Positions 9,667-18,394 of a stretch of DNA of 64,000 nt are shown here, in pieces. Made by a program: the position numbers and the translations under genes. Source of the stretch: Escherichia phage vB_EcoM_11B_SA_NWU; sequence record OR062527; one strand, given 5' to 3'. The notes under the pieces were generated by a model. It was not told the DNA's origin and made no database searches. It worked only from the letters and a program-made list of their open reading frames with translations. Positions within the stretch are counted from its first letter, which is position 1, and each line of letters opens with the position of its first letter.

Positions 9667-10986
9667 TCACACATAAAACACATCATAACGACCACGGGTG
9701 ACACCAACATAAAGAAGTTGTTGAGCTAATTCAGCATCTGCATAATGAATACAAGGCGTATAGATGAAAGCACGGTCTACAGACATACCCTGTGCTTTAT
9801 GGAATGTTGATGCAGGAAGTGCTTTCACTTTACTAAACTGTGATTTAGCATCCCAAAAATCACTCCATGGAGCTTTTCCACCCTTATTCCAATTTTTATA
9901 AGTTTCTGCTGTTTTACCTAAAAATAAGTTAAACTTATACAGCTCTTCATCAGATGAAATTATTTTAATCTTTTCACGATAATATTCATCATCGCCGTAA
10001 GTTTCTACTGTTAAATCCCAATGACGAATTAAGTATTCTCCAGAAACACCACGAGCTTTAACAAAGGTTGATGTATACTCTGCTTCTATAATACGAACTA
10101 ACTGCCCGTTATTAAAAATAATTTCTGACACAGGTTTTCCATCAATTTTATATGTTTTAATTAATGGTTCCTGCATTACAATAATTTCACCGACAATAAA
10201 ATCTTTATCAGTTTCAAAAATCTTTTTACGAATAATATTGTTTAACTTGTCAACGGATTTATTCGTAAATGCCATTACGCGATTTTCAAACAAATCATCT
10301 AATGATTTTACGATTGAAAAATAATTTACCATAAAATCGCGTAAAGCGGTATCACCAGTAAATCCACGTACTCCATGCCCGTCAACAACTTTATCATAAA
10401 TCCACTTACCGTTGCGAACATCAGTAGCTACATCAATAATAGGAGCATTACTGCGTTTAACTTCAGTGAGTTCACACTGATAAAAATCTTTGTGTGTAAA
10501 GAATGGACTGATATAAGCAGTGTTTTCTCCTGGGTCAACAGGTCTAATTTGCTTATTATCGCCTATTCCAATTATAGTACACCAAGGTGGAATGGTTGAA
10601 AGCAGAATTTTAAATAGCTTTCTATCATACATTGACACTTCGTCGCAGATTAATACTCTACATTTAGCTAAATCTGGTACTTCCTTCTGTTCAAAAAGGA
10701 CATTTTCTTCATATGTTACAGGGTTAATTTTAAGAATACTATGAATAGTACTTGCTTCTTTCCCTGATAGTTTTGAAAGAATCTTTTTAGCTGCATGCGT
10801 AGGAGCTGCTAAAATAATGCCAGTTTCGCCTGTAGATATTAGGGCTTCAATGATGAACTTAGTAAGAGTAGTCTTACCAGTACCGGCAGGTCCATTAATA
10901 GTTACATGATGTTTCTTTTCTTTAATAGCCTTCATAACAGTGTCAAAGGCATTTTTCTGGCCTTCGGTCAAATCATCAAATGTCAT
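9667..10986 (-). CDS. dda: Dda DNA helicase (439 aa), SF1
   Basis: Walker A GPAGTGKT; length 439 aa as in T4 Dda; synteny. Confidence 0.9.
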   Translation of the reverse strand: MTFDDLTEGQKNAFDTVMKAIKEKKHHVTINGPAGTGKTTLTKFIIEALISTGETGIILAAPTHAAKKILSKLSGKEASTIHSILKINPVTYEENVLFEQKEVPDLAKCRVLICDEVSMYDRKLFKILLSTIPPWCTIIGIGDNKQIRPVDPGENTAYISPFFTHKDFYQCELTEVKRSNAPIIDVATDVRNGKWIYDKVVDGHGVRGFTGDTALRDFMVNYFSIVKSLDDLFENRVMAFTNKSVDKLNNIIRKKIFETDKDFIVGEIIVMQEPLIKTYKIDGKPVSEIIFNNGQLVRIIEAEYTSTFVKARGVSGEYLIRHWDLTVETYGDDEYYREKIKIISSDEELYKFNLFLGKTAETYKNWNKGGKAPWSDFWDAKSQFSKVKALPASTFHKAQGMSVDRAFIYTPCIHYADAELAQQLLYVGVTRGRYDVFYV

Positions 10987-11294
10987 CGTAAATTCCCTGC
11001 AATTGGTATACTAACAATACGCCCAGTATCTAAAATTCGCTGATATAATCTTTGCGTCTCTACATCAGGCTTAACATGTTTAACTTCTATTTTATTAAAC
11101 CAAAACTTGCGTGGAGTCTCAACTAGTCTTGGAATTCCCATACCTAAAGCTAGTCGATACTGTTCTTTGAGCGTAGTAAATACTCTATCAGCAATCTCCC
11201 TTTCAAAAAATATAGCAGGACGATGTTCATCAAGCGGAACTGGCGCAGTAAATCCGTCTTTGTCCCTATAAACTATTGCATACACATAAAACAT
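10983..11294 (-). CDS. dda.1-like hypothetical protein (103 aa)
   Basis: ORF overlapping the dda start by 4 nt. Confidence 0.55.
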   Translation of the reverse strand: MFYVYAIVYRDKDGFTAPVPLDEHRPAIFFEREIADRVFTTLKEQYRLALGMGIPRLVETPRKFWFNKIEVKHVKPDVETQRLYQRILDTGRIVSIPIAGNLR

Positions 11295-11295
11295 A

Positions 11296-12051
11296 TTATC
11301 CTCGGATAAGTTTAAAAATTGAACAATTTAGCGGATATCCTCTTTTCAATTTAAGTTTATCAATAAAAGACAAGTTTTGATACCGCTCTACACCTTGAAT
11401 AATTTTATCACACATATCATATTGCATTTCTGCTTCTGACAACTTTTTCACAATTTTCCAATCCGAGCCTTTAAGAATAACGTTCAGTTTAGCAACTTCA
11501 GCGCCTTCTGCTATGCGAGAACCATCAATACGTGCTTTAAGTGCTATAATCCTTAGCTTAATGTCAGAGGTCTGTTTTGATTTAGAAAGCTGAGAAATGT
11601 GTTCAATTCGGTTTTCACGTTTTTTCTGTATAGCTTTAATTTGATTATAAGTCTTTTTGATTTTAGCCCATTTCTTTTCATCTAAATTTAGTTTATGAAC
11701 TTTTTTCGCAGATGAACGACCAATTCGCAACGCGAATAAATTACGCTTTTCAATCAACTCCTCTAAAGTATAATCAGAACGAAACGTATTATACTTTTTC
11801 TTTACTGCAATAACATTCCCTTTAATATATCCAACGTTATTATCAAAACGTTCTAACGATAATTTCTCGCCTTCAATACGATTATCAAAAGGTTCTCCCG
11901 AGTAAGCACAAACTTTTTGATCTAAAATGTTCTTAATGTAATTGAAGTCTAAGTTAAAATCTTTAGAACGTCTTTTTGCAGATGCCTGAGTATGCTCTAA
12001 ACGACGTTTAATTTTACGAATTTGGTTATTAGACATATTATGCATTTTCAT
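11296..12051 (-). CDS. Srd-like lysine-rich protein by position (251 aa)
   Basis: 251-aa ORF in the T4 srd position between dda.1 and modA; own early promoter at 12079-12115. Confidence 0.45.
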   Translation of the reverse strand: MKMHNMSNNQIRKIKRRLEHTQASAKRRSKDFNLDFNYIKNILDQKVCAYSGEPFDNRIEGEKLSLERFDNNVGYIKGNVIAVKKKYNTFRSDYTLEELIEKRNLFALRIGRSSAKKVHKLNLDEKKWAKIKKTYNQIKAIQKKRENRIEHISQLSKSKQTSDIKLRIIALKARIDGSRIAEGAEVAKLNVILKGSDWKIVKKLSEAEMQYDMCDKIIQGVERYQNLSFIDKLKLKRGYPLNCSIFKLIRG

Positions 12052-12078
12052 ATTTTCTCACATCTTACGGACGGTTGA

Positions 12079-12115
12079 CTACTATACTATAACATTTTTA
12101 CCTTAGCCTGTAAAC
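12079..12115 (-). promoter_or_regulatory. T4-type early promoter upstream of the srd-like gene
   Basis: GTTTACAGGCTAAGGTAAAAATGTTATAGTAT. Confidence 0.5.
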
Positions 12116-12172
12116 AACTTTATGTAAAAATGCTTTAAAAATTTCATGGTATAATGAATCTAAGTCCTTCCA

Positions 12173-12775
12173 TTATAGATTAAATCCTTCAAAATCAAGA
12201 GTATAGATAGTGTATGTTGAATACTTTTTATACTCATATCTATCTGCAATTCTAAATACACTTCCAGCTGGTATCATTACTTCTTGTTCATCTGAAACTA
12301 ATTACATATTACGATAGCGATGGCTATCCGGAAACTTAAAGCTTGGATTGTATTCTTTACAGCGTAGAGCTTTTATAGCATACTCCTGGAAATTGAATAC
12401 CATAGGAGCTTTGAATTCAAAAATAACTTGTGTGTTATACTCTAAACCGGAAGCAAAATGTAGAGCTATATTTTTATCATATGAAGCTGATACTACTTTA
12501 TCAAATGTAATAATATCAATTCCTTGATTTAACACCTGCTTAGTCTCAGCTGGAACACCTCTCCAAAGAGGTTTATCGTTTGGTTCCAAACGAGATTTGA
12601 TTATTTCATTTAACCAAGTATGGTCATCTGGCTTATTAGTAATACAATGAATTAAAAGTTCAATTTCGGATAAATTAAACCCTTCAGAAAGTAATTCTTC
12701 ACGAATAGAAGCACGCACCGATGCATCCATTGATTTGATTTTAAAATCATTTAATTGCATTACTGAGTATTTCAT
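12173..12775 (-). pseudogene. modA: modA ADP-ribosyltransferase interrupted by an in-frame TAA (157-aa product; catalytic motif lies after the stop)
   Basis: ORF stops at TAA 12302-12304; the same frame continues LVSDEQEVMIPAGSVFRIADRY... for 42 codons, giving 200 codons in total; compare modB HEQEWMVPIG. Confidence 0.6.
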
Positions 12776-13407
12776 TCAACTACCTCAATATCATAAACTT
12801 TAAATGTTCCAAATGAATCATGCAATTTTTCTTTTGAAATAGAAGTTATTTTATACTTTCCAATTGGAACCATCCATTCTTGTTCATGTACAATCATCAT
12901 TAAGTTATCAGTGCGTTCTGAATCTAATCCATCAGTATCTTCATATGTATACTTGAACTCAGTATTTGGAGAAGAAAGTATAATATCGCTGATATGGTCA
13001 GAGTAATTAAAAGCTTTATCAGTTTTTAATCGAAATATTGTTTCAGTGAAATATTCAGCATAAGAAAAAGAGCATGCTGTATGCAAACTAGTAGTAAATG
13101 AATCTACCCTGTTCGTTGAAAACACTTCTCCAACTTGTAAATCTTTAATGAGTTCTTTTGTTGATTTTGATATACCACGATATAACTGATAAGGCGATTT
13201 AGTTAAATGCTTTTTAACGATTTTATTCAACTGCCGATGAAGAGCTTCATTCTTTTTAGCTTCCATACATTGCCAAAGAATTGACTGCTCGAAGTCAGTA
13301 AATTTTTCACAGACCTTTTTATACATATCATATTGAAAATCAACGCTTTCAGCTTTTATAGATAACTGTTCAACATCTGCTGGATTAATAATCATGATAG
13401 CCTCCAT
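12772..13407 (-). CDS. modB: ModB ADP-ribosyltransferase (211 aa)
   Basis: ART motifs: Arg (YRGISK), STS-like (SFTTSL) and E-x-E (HEQEWMVP); early promoter at 13420-13451; synteny. Confidence 0.7.
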   Translation of the reverse strand: MEAIMIINPADVEQLSIKAESVDFQYDMYKKVCEKFTDFEQSILWQCMEAKKNEALHRQLNKIVKKHLTKSPYQLYRGISKSTKELIKDLQVGEVFSTNRVDSFTTSLHTACSFSYAEYFTETIFRLKTDKAFNYSDHISDIILSSPNTEFKYTYEDTDGLDSERTDNLMMIVHEQEWMVPIGKYKITSISKEKLHDSFGTFKVYDIEVVE

Positions 13408-13419
13408 ATACTTCAGAAG

Positions 13420-13451
13420 CTATCATATCATTGTTAAGAAGGAAAGTAAAC
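13420..13451 (-). promoter_or_regulatory. T4-type early promoter upstream of modB
   Basis: GTTTAC, 17 bp spacer, ATATGAT. Confidence 0.5.
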
Positions 13452-13462
13452 AACTTTTTGAA

Positions 13463-13645
13463 TTATTTTGCCCAGGGAGCCCAAGGCGGAGGGTCAAGAT
13501 GGTATGAAGCTAGTTCTTCTAGAAGAGCATCTGGGGCTTCAATTCCATAATTCTGTAATACTATACGGTACTCTTTCTTATAATCACTAGAATCATTCTG
13601 GATATTCGTAGAATGATTATCTTCTAACATCTCAAATAAATCCAT
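13463..13645 (-). CDS. small acidic protein (60 aa)
   Basis: Minus-strand ORF downstream of an early promoter. Confidence 0.45.
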   Translation of the reverse strand: MDLFEMLEDNHSTNIQNDSSDYKKEYRIVLQNYGIEAPDALLEELASYHLDPPPWAPWAK

Positions 13646-13653
13646 ATTAATTC

Positions 13654-14124
13654 CTAGCGATAAAAACCAAAATGACGATTAGCTTCAACAATCTTTCTTT
13701 CTTCTTCGGACATTCTCCAACGTAGTCCAACATCAAAATGAGCCCAGACCATCTTAACAAATGCATTTATGTCTTTAATATCTTCAATAATGAATGTTTT
13801 ACTTTTAGAAGGTTGACTAGCTAATTTAACTTTATCATCTTCAAACAGGTCAAAAAGACCATATTCATGAGCTCTTTTATAGCCTTTAATAGTTAAAGCT
13901 TCAGAAGAAGAAAACGGTGAATCAGTATTATGCAAAATATCTTCAGTATGCTTTATAATTAAAATAACATTTTCTGGATATTTTCTTTCTTTTATATCTT
14001 TAATTAAACTATCCGGATTTTCTGCTAAAGGAATAATTAATGAGCAATTTTTATCAAGTGTATTTACTGATTTACCTTCTTTAGACATAAATCCTATTGA
14101 ATACAGTTTTGCTACTTCAATCAT
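13654..14124 (-). CDS. hypothetical protein (156 aa)
   Basis: Minus-strand ORF; start overlaps the upstream micro-ORF stop. Confidence 0.55.
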   Translation of the reverse strand: MIEVAKLYSIGFMSKEGKSVNTLDKNCSLIIPLAENPDSLIKDIKERKYPENVILIIKHTEDILHNTDSPFSSSEALTIKGYKRAHEYGLFDLFEDDKVKLASQPSKSKTFIIEDIKDINAFVKMVWAHFDVGLRWRMSEEERKIVEANRHFGFYR

Positions 14125-14281
14125 GTGATTTCCTTTTGCCTACTAATGGACCATCAGGAATTTTGTTTTCCTGGATATATTTCTCATTTTCTTCCATCAT
14201 TTTACTGCCAATTTTAAGAAGCAAATCCAAGGCTTCATTTGCTTTAGCCTTTGCCTCTTCTAACGTCATATCTTTGGTCAT
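14117..14281 (-). CDS. micro-ORF (54 aa), translationally coupled on both sides
   Basis: Hand-translated [21 protein letters not shown]...; ATGA overlap with the upstream stop and 8-nt overlap with the downstream ATG. Confidence 0.4.
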   Translation of the reverse strand: MTKDMTLEEAKAKANEALDLLLKIGSKMMEENEKYIQENKIPDGPLVGKRKSHD

Positions 14282-14481
14282 GATTTATCCCCATAGATGT
14301 CTCTCATCAATTTAAGCGCTGAGCGTTCTAATTTCTTTTCTTTCTCAGCGCTAATCATTGATTTCATCCATTCTTCTGATTCGTTCTGCATTTCTTTATT
14401 TGCTTGTTCAACCCAACCATCATCAATATACATTGAGTTTGGTCTATTGAACCATTCAAGCATTTTCTTCAGAACTTTCAT
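14278..14481 (-). CDS. small protein (67 aa)
   Basis: Minus-strand ORF. Confidence 0.5.
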   Translation of the reverse strand: MKVLKKMLEWFNRPNSMYIDDGWVEQANKEMQNESEEWMKSMISAEKEKKLERSALKLMRDIYGDKS

Positions 14482-14953
14482 TTGTTTTACCTAAAACGAT
14501 AGTATGGACACCGTCAAATTCATGAATTTTTAGCAAATTTGGATTTAAACTATTCCATACAGAAGAAATAAAGTATGATAAAGCATCTTCACTCGCAATT
14601 ATAAACTTATTTCCTTTATCTATTTTCCAACTATATACTGAATCATACGAATAGAAAGATAAAGGTTTATCATTATATTGTTCTGCGCTAACATTAATGT
14701 ATTCGGATTTAGTAAATGCTTCAATTGCTCTAAACGGAATATTTGGTACAGTTTCAATAATACCAATCTTTTTAAGTTTTATTTCAGCATCTTCAGGAAC
14801 TGGCATTGAAACGAAATTTTCTACGAGATACATTGGGTCACAATAACCCTTATCAATCATTACTGCTACGGTAATTGGAACGTCTTTAACAAACGACATA
14901 CTATTACTGTTAATATACATTTCAAACAAAATTGCTTCCATAATTTTCCTCAA
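14456..14953 (-). CDS. hypothetical protein (165 aa)
   Basis: Minus-strand ORF. Confidence 0.55.
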   Translation of the reverse strand: MRKIMEAILFEMYINSNSMSFVKDVPITVAVMIDKGYCDPMYLVENFVSMPVPEDAEIKLKKIGIIETVPNIPFRAIEAFTKSEYINVSAEQYNDKPLSFYSYDSVYSWKIDKGNKFIIASEDALSYFISSVWNSLNPNLLKIHEFDGVHTIVLGKTNESSEENA

Positions 14954-15288
14954 TCACAAGATGTAGATGAACAACTAGAATCACAAGAACTTCCACATGA
15001 ATCTCCCGTCCACACATGAACAGGAACATTTGTATCATATGAATCAGAACTAGACTGTGTATTCTGTGTGTTAGATGATGCAGTAGGTACTGACCAACGC
15101 CAAGGATTTTTATAATATTCTTGGGCTTCTTCATAAGTCATAGTAACTGCTTCTACTGTTCCATCTCCCATATAAACATATTCAACTACAGTTAAAGGAA
15201 GATAGTCATTTGAAATCGGAACTACACCTTCTCCCGGAGTTGTAGAGAAAAAATCTAACAGACTTTTAAACCAATTAAAAATAAACAT
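14950..15288 (-). CDS. hypothetical protein with Cys/Ser-rich C-terminus (112 aa)
   Basis: Minus-strand ORF; C-terminus [18 protein letters not shown]. Confidence 0.5.
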   Translation of the reverse strand: MFIFNWFKSLLDFFSTTPGEGVVPISNDYLPLTVVEYVYMGDGTVEAVTMTYEEAQEYYKNPWRWSVPTASSNTQNTQSSSDSYDTNVPVHVWTGDSCGSSCDSSCSSTSCD

Positions 15289-15494
15289 TACAAAAAGCCT
15301 CTCTTAAATTCAACTTGTTTCTCACCATAATCATATCGAATCTCTGCATTAAATTCGACAGAACCATCTGCGTACATCATAAATGAATGCACAACAACTT
15401 CTGTAGACCATGGCTGTAGTTCATATTTCTTCATTACATGTCGTGAAATGATAATATCTAAATCTTCATTTGGTTTAATCCAACGATTTAACAT
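15288..15494 (-). CDS. small protein (68 aa)
   Basis: Minus-strand ORF upstream-adjacent to the previous gene. Confidence 0.5.
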   Translation of the reverse strand: MLNRWIKPNEDLDIIISRHVMKKYELQPWSTEVVVHSFMMYADGSVEFNAEIRYDYGEKQVEFKRGFL

Positions 15495-15560
15495 AGTGCT
15501 CTCCTCTATAAGATAATTCTATTATACCATACTCGTTTTGATATGTAAACCATTTAAATG

Positions 15561-15583
15561 AAAAAGGACTCCCGAAGGAGTCC
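15561..15583 (-). terminator. rho-independent terminator after soc (GGACUCC-UUCG-GGAGUCC then U5)
   Basis: 7-bp GC-rich stem, UUCG loop, UUUUUC on the minus-strand transcript. Confidence 0.65.
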
Positions 15584-15590
15584 TTAAATT

Positions 15591-15827
15591 TTAACCACCT
15601 ATTTCTGTAGGTGTAAACATTGCAGCATTTTTAGTTTTCCAAGTCGCTGCATCGGAAACTACATCAGAATAAGCTGCTTTTTCTGACGGAAAGATTTGAT
15701 AATGAGAATCTGCAATACGATGTTCATTTGAATATACATCAAATGCTACAGAAACTTCCATACCTTTAACTTCTTTGCCTTCACCCGCTGGATGAGTAAA
15801 GGTCTTGATGTTAACGAAACCACCCAT
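15591..15827 (-). CDS. soc: small outer capsid protein Soc (78 aa)
   Basis: Close match to T4 Soc as recalled (VNIKTF...VSVAF...HYQ.FPSEKAAYS); TATAAATA late promoter upstream; terminator downstream. Confidence 0.85.
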   Translation of the reverse strand: MGGFVNIKTFTHPAGEGKEVKGMEVSVAFDVYSNEHRIADSHYQIFPSEKAAYSDVVSDAATWKTKNAAMFTPTEIGG

Positions 15828-15858
15828 AATAAACTCCTTTATTGTTTAATTACAGGTG

Positions 15859-15866
15859 TATTTATA
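15859..15866 (-). promoter_or_regulatory. late promoter -10 element TATAAATA upstream of soc
   Basis: Exact TATAAATA on the minus strand about 31 nt before the soc ATG. Confidence 0.65.
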
Positions 15867-15868
15867 AC

Positions 15869-16009
15869 TTACAATTTAGCTGCTTTCCAGAGTTGTTCAA
15901 TAATCTCTTGGTCTATTTCTTTAGTTATTTCATTACGTAATAAGGCAGTAAGGGCTTTCGCCCTTTTCTTATTCAACTTTTTGAGCTGACGCTTATTTAA
16001 ACGAGCCAT
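15869..16009 (-). CDS. basic micro-ORF (46 aa), soc.x-like
   Basis: Hand-translated MARLNKRQLKKLNKKRAKALTALL...; its ATG overlaps the gene 56 stop (TAATG); GAGGT Shine-Dalgarno. Confidence 0.45.
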   Translation of the reverse strand: MARLNKRQLKKLNKKRAKALTALLRNEITKEIDQEIIEQLWKAAKL

Positions 16010-16527
16010 TAATAACCTCGGTCTTGACGAGCGAAGTTTTCGGCATTTTTCAGATAATAAAGTTTAAAGATTTCTTCAGCTGACATTCCAAGAGCAATAA
16101 ATTTATTCATAAAAAAGTGAAACTGATCAATTAGTTCAAATTTAATTTCAAGCTGATCTTCGGGAGATAAATCTTGAATTTTCTTGGATTGCATTTCGGA
16201 ATAACGTTTCTTCCAAGGTTTCCATACAGCAGAAGCTTCTTTTTCACCATTACTCATACCACCGAGAGAAGTATATAGCTCGCGAGTTTCGTCTGCGATA
16301 TAATCGTCTTGGTTTCGCAGCCAAGCAAGAACTTCTCCTGCAGTTTCAAGTGAATCAGGATGACGATTTGTTTCTGGTTTATCATTAGCCAAACGAATCT
16401 GTAAATGCCGCTGCATATCAAGCATAACCTGCAGTGGGTCAATATTGTGCATAATATTCTCAGCATATGCACGATTTGCTTTATCAACGCCTTCGATCAA
16501 ATGAGCACATTCATTAAAGTGAGCCAT
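16009..16527 (-). CDS. 56: dCTP pyrophosphatase gp56 (about 172 aa; start at internal Met, not the 203-aa track ORF)
   Basis: Sequence from MAHFNECAHL onward matches T4 gp56 as recalled; AAGGAAA Shine-Dalgarno 7 nt before this ATG; MotA-type middle promoter upstream. Confidence 0.85.
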   Translation of the reverse strand: MAHFNECAHLIEGVDKANRAYAENIMHNIDPLQVMLDMQRHLQIRLANDKPETNRHPDSLETAGEVLAWLRNQDDYIADETRELYTSLGGMSNGEKEASAVWKPWKKRYSEMQSKKIQDLSPEDQLEIKFELIDQFHFFMNKFIALGMSAEEIFKLYYLKNAENFARQDRGY

Positions 16528-16561
16528 TATTTTTCCTTTCAATTCATGGGTTAGTAGATTA

Positions 16562-16585
16562 ATTATACAATAAATATATAAAGCA
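16562..16585 (-). promoter_or_regulatory. MotA-dependent middle promoter for gene 56 (TTGCTTTA, 11 bp, TATAAT)
   Basis: MotA box and -10 with canonical spacing about 35 nt upstream of the gene 56 ATG. Confidence 0.6.
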
Positions 16586-16598
16586 ATAAGGAGGACAT

Positions 16599-16799
16599 AT
16601 GGTACAAAAATTAATGGCACTTGTTAATGCCATAAAAGGTAATAAAAAACGTATAGCTTTTACTATTTCTGCTATGGTAGGAATTTTACTCTGGAACTTT
16701 ATTCTATCACCAATTGCAATTGCGCATGGTGTTAATATTCCAGTAGTTACTCTTGATACATTCGTAGATTTAGCATTTGCTTTAGTTGGGTTAATTTAA
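16599..16799 (+). CDS. small hydrophobic membrane protein (66 aa) on the opposite strand, convergent with gene 61
   Basis: Only plus-strand ORF filling an otherwise gene-free gap (16528-16795); AAGGAGG Shine-Dalgarno 4 nt before ATG; two predicted transmembrane segments. Confidence 0.45.
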   Translation: MVQKLMALVNAIKGNKKRIAFTISAMVGILLWNFILSPIAIAHGVNIPVVTLDTFVDLAFALVGLI

Positions 16800-17824
16800 A
16801 TCTTAGCATATTTAGATAGCCGCATTTTAGCCATCAACCCCTGGGCAATATTATTTTTCATATATTCCATAATTTGTTCAGGGGTTGCACCTTCCTTTCT
16901 AATCATATCATTAACATCTTTTGATTTCCAGGGAGATTTATCCCAAAACATAACCCTTTCTCCTGCATCAACTAATTTAGTCATTCGCTTAATAGTGTCA
17001 GGATGACGAGGTTCATTATCTAAGACCCACACACGCCTATCTTTAAATGGAACAACTTCTAGGTCTAATTGACCGCCCGTAATAGCTATACCATTTTCAA
17101 TAAAAAGTGAATCTATAGGTCCTTCTAGAACATATACATCGCCATCTTTAACTCGTTCGACTCCATATATTTTTGTTGCCTCAGGATAAGCTTTAATGGT
17201 GATATATTTTTGAGGAGCATCTTTCTTTAATGCACGTCCTTGAAAAGACTCAGCTTTTCCATTAGCATTATAAATTGGAATAACAAGACGAGGCTCAGAA
17301 ATTTCCTTTTTGTATGTTCCCGGTGCTATGCTATTAACTAATTTAGGCCATTCGGTTGTAAACCAAAGATATTTCCATTTATCCTTTGGAATACAACGAG
17401 CTTTTACATATTTTATAATTGGATGGTCTTCCGCCAGTTTATCTAATCTAACACATGACGGAAGAGATTTAATTATTTTCTTCTCAGGTTGTTTAGGAAG
17501 TTCTTTAGGTTTTTCTACTGGACGACTTTTACCTTTTTCTTTTCTTATTTCAAAGATATACTCACGATATAAATCAGGTTCAAACTCCTTTAAATATATT
17601 CCGATTGGTGCGTGATAGTTACAGTTATAACAATGAATATTTCCTTCATTATTATCACCATAATACCATCCACGAGCTTTATTCTGATCGGTTTTTGAAT
17701 CTCCACAAACGGGGCATCTAAACCGCAATTTAAAAGTTGAACTATTATTTACTTGTGTGAATTTAGGTAAATGAGCCAATGCACGATACGCAAACTCATT
17801 ATCAATCCAAGGTATTGATGACAT
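16796..17824 (-). CDS. 61: DNA primase gp61 (342 aa)
   Basis: Zinc-finger CPVCGD...CYNC; length 342 aa as in T4 gp61; adjacent to the 41 region. Confidence 0.9.
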   Translation of the reverse strand: MSSIPWIDNEFAYRALAHLPKFTQVNNSSTFKLRFRCPVCGDSKTDQNKARGWYYGDNNEGNIHCYNCNYHAPIGIYLKEFEPDLYREYIFEIRKEKGKSRPVEKPKELPKQPEKKIIKSLPSCVRLDKLAEDHPIIKYVKARCIPKDKWKYLWFTTEWPKLVNSIAPGTYKKEISEPRLVIPIYNANGKAESFQGRALKKDAPQKYITIKAYPEATKIYGVERVKDGDVYVLEGPIDSLFIENGIAITGGQLDLEVVPFKDRRVWVLDNEPRHPDTIKRMTKLVDAGERVMFWDKSPWKSKDVNDMIRKEGATPEQIMEYMKNNIAQGLMAKMRLSKYAKI

Positions 17825-17826
17825 TT

Positions 17827-17991
17827 TTACTCTTCTTTTTCTTTAGATTCCTCTTTTTTCTTTTTAGGAATCTGTTCAGGACCTTTATTTACTACAGCCC
17901 CTGACGTTGTTCCAGTAGAGATATTTTCAGGATTACCACCTGAATCTCCAGCGACCATATCTTCTTTAATAAATTCTTTATATGTTTTCAT
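17827..17991 (-). CDS. micro-ORF (54 aa) with capsid-targeting-sequence-like N-terminus MKTYKEFIKE and Lys/Glu-rich tail
   Basis: Hand-translated; AGAGGT Shine-Dalgarno; N-terminus resembles the internal-protein CTS MKTYQEFIAE. Confidence 0.45.
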   Translation of the reverse strand: MKTYKEFIKEDMVAGDSGGNPENISTGTTSGAVVNKGPEQIPKKKKEESKEKEE

Positions 17992-18036
17992 ATTAACCTC
18001 TATTCATAAAAGCATTAAAAATTTGGTCATCAATAG
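17989..18036. repeat. direct repeat copy 1 (about 48 bp, roughly 94% identical to copy 2)
   Basis: catattaacct(c/t)tattcataaaagcattaaaaatttg...caataga spans the 61.1-like C-terminus, stop, ribosome-binding site and next ATG. Confidence 0.7.
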
Positions 18037-18349
18037 ATGGCGCAGTAATATTTTCTGCATCATTTAGCAAATCATTAATTTCATCAGATAGCATAACACA
18101 TGTACCTTTATTTCCTGTAATTGTTACTGCACAATTACGAACGTTTTCTTTATCAAATTTTAGGTTAATATTTTCGTAGTGAAAATCCTTTAATGCCGAA
18201 TATATCTTTAAAATGAAATTGTCTTTTACTACAATAAACCCAACCTCACTATTAAAACGCGGTTCATGGAAACTGTAATAAACCTTTTCATCTATAAAAT
18301 CGTATGAAATTTTTTCCATTTTTAAATATGAAAATTCAGAACTATACAT
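17993..18349 (-). CDS. 61.1-like protein (118 aa)
   Basis: Minus-strand ORF; C-terminal 14 codons and the downstream junction duplicated at the end of the next gene. Confidence 0.55.
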   Translation of the reverse strand: MYSSEFSYLKMEKISYDFIDEKVYYSFHEPRFNSEVGFIVVKDNFILKIYSALKDFHYENINLKFDKENVRNCAVTITGNKGTCVMLSDEINDLLNDAENITAPSIDDQIFNAFMNRG

Positions 18350-18394
18350 ATTAACCTTTATTCATAAAAGCATTAAAAATTTGATCGTCAATAG
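18347..18394. repeat. direct repeat copy 2
   Basis: Same junction module at the 61.2-like C-terminus. Confidence 0.7.

Noticed and set aside
11296-12051. srd-position ORF considered as an HNH-like homing endonuclease or a relocated dam
   Set aside because: It has a Cys-containing stretch (CAYSGEPFD…LSLERFDNNVGYIKGNV) but no clear HNH catalytic His-Asn-His pattern and no methyltransferase DPPY or SAM-binding motifs. Left as Srd-like by position only.
14922-15134. Minus-strand ORFs fully nested in other frames (14922-15134, 16254-16487, 25401-25586, 34995-35216, 63105-63287 and similar)
   Set aside because: Each is contained within a longer, better-supported ORF in another frame and has no independent start signal.
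16009-16620. 203-aa version of gene 56 starting at the first in-frame ATG
   Set aside because: The extra 31 hydrophobic residues run through the middle promoter and the opposite-strand ribosome-binding site. The internal ATG at 16527 has an AAGGAAA Shine-Dalgarno and gives the expected size of about 172 aa.
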